A DNA stretch of 64,000 nucleotides from Curvularia clavata (Eukaryota), in assembly GCA_023920165.1 (NCBI GenBank), contig CP089275.1, positions 1,364,001-1,428,000 on the forward strand, read 5' to 3'. A program made the position numbers and the translations under genes. Within the stretch, counting starts at the first letter, position 1. Each line of letters begins with the position of its first letter. A model generated the notes under the pieces. That model did no database searches. It was given only the letters and a program-made list of their open reading frames with translations, and had not been told where the DNA came from. Shown in pieces: positions 63,316 to 64,000 of the stretch.

Positions 63316-64000
63316 ATGGATCGACCACAAGTATCCATACCACCAGTACGTCACCCTGGCCATGTCGCGTGCTTCATCTGCTAACCGGGAACGCTAGGCT
63401 GCCAATGTCCTCGGGGTAGGTCACCTGCTCCATCAACCTTGAGTCATGATGCTAATTTACCTTTCCTCGAATAGACAATAGGAACTGGTGGGTAAACCGC
63501 TGTCGTCCTCCACACGCTATGCTAACTCGATCCTAGTGTATGCACATCATGCAATTGATTCTGTCAACTTTTTGCTAACATGCTCTTCCTGACTGTAGCT
63601 GTTGGTGTGTTCAGGTATGTGAAGCTTTTGAATCATTGAAACAGCAGCGACTAACAAAGGACAGATTATTCCACAGTAAGAGTCACAACAACCCTCAGTC
63701 TAATTGCCAACTAACATGGCCAAGAATATGGCATAACTGGCGCCGAAAGAGTACCGAAGGCCTGCCAGGATCCATGCTCATCCTTTGGTCAATATGTGAG
63801 ACTGTCGCCAGTCAATACACAAGCTTGAAACTGACCATAGCAGGCGGTGTCCCTTTTGGTGTATACGCTATTGTTCAGGTATGGTTGCCAACACGATCCT
63901 CGAGCCTCTTCTAATGCGACGCAGAACTTCAACTTTGCCTTGAAGTTTCAGCCTCAGGCATTTGCCGGTCTCACACTCATTTCCTGGGGTCAGACTCTTT
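63316..64000 (+). CDS. PQ-loop repeat membrane protein (partial; runs off window)
   Basis: Spliced from exons of 30, 18, 13, 1, 16 and 11 nt, then longer ones: MDRPQVSIPP AANVLG TIGTVCWCVQ IIPQIWHNWRRKSTEGLPGSML...GVPFGVYAIVQNFNFALKFQPQ. Confidence 0.85.

Noticed and set aside
1..64000. tRNA/rRNA genes, CRISPR arrays, intact transposase or Starship captain, PKS/NRPS/terpene cyclase
   Set aside because: None recognisable by eye. tRNAscan-SE, Infernal and HMM searches were not run, so small RNAs could be missed.

Overview
Intron-containing, gene-dense DNA from a filamentous ascomycete; a Pleosporales/Dothideomycete-like origin is my inference from gene content and style only. The flanks carry ordinary conserved genes: annexin, arrestin-like protein, DHHC palmitoyltransferase, TALE homeobox TF, OsmC-like protein, SHO1, RO10, AVT-family transporter, MRPS16, NAD(P)HX epimerase, MCC beta subunit, GH76, HSV2, CDC11 septin and a PQ-loop protein. 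The standout is a visibly AT-richer island of about 12 kb (~28.7-41 kb) between the OsmC-like gene and SHO1. It holds a compact five-gene cluster with no PKS, NRPS or terpene cyclase in the window: a DHCR7/DWF5-type sterol Delta7-reductase, an MBOAT (wax synthase/Tri7-like) acyltransferase, a head-to-head pair of CYP7/CYP8-like P450s and a CYP68-like P450. This looks like a candidate pathway that diverts ergosterol-pathway sterols into oxidised, acylated Delta5-steroids. Also found by reading the sequence: a 127-bp Tourist/PIF-Harbinger-like MITE with TTA target duplication inside the P450 bidirectional promoter, a RIP-like pseudo-ORF at the island edge, a probable 1-nt microexon in the PQ-loop gene, a GC-AG intron, and two tandem Cys/His microproteins. 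All family calls come from recalled motifs, not database searches.
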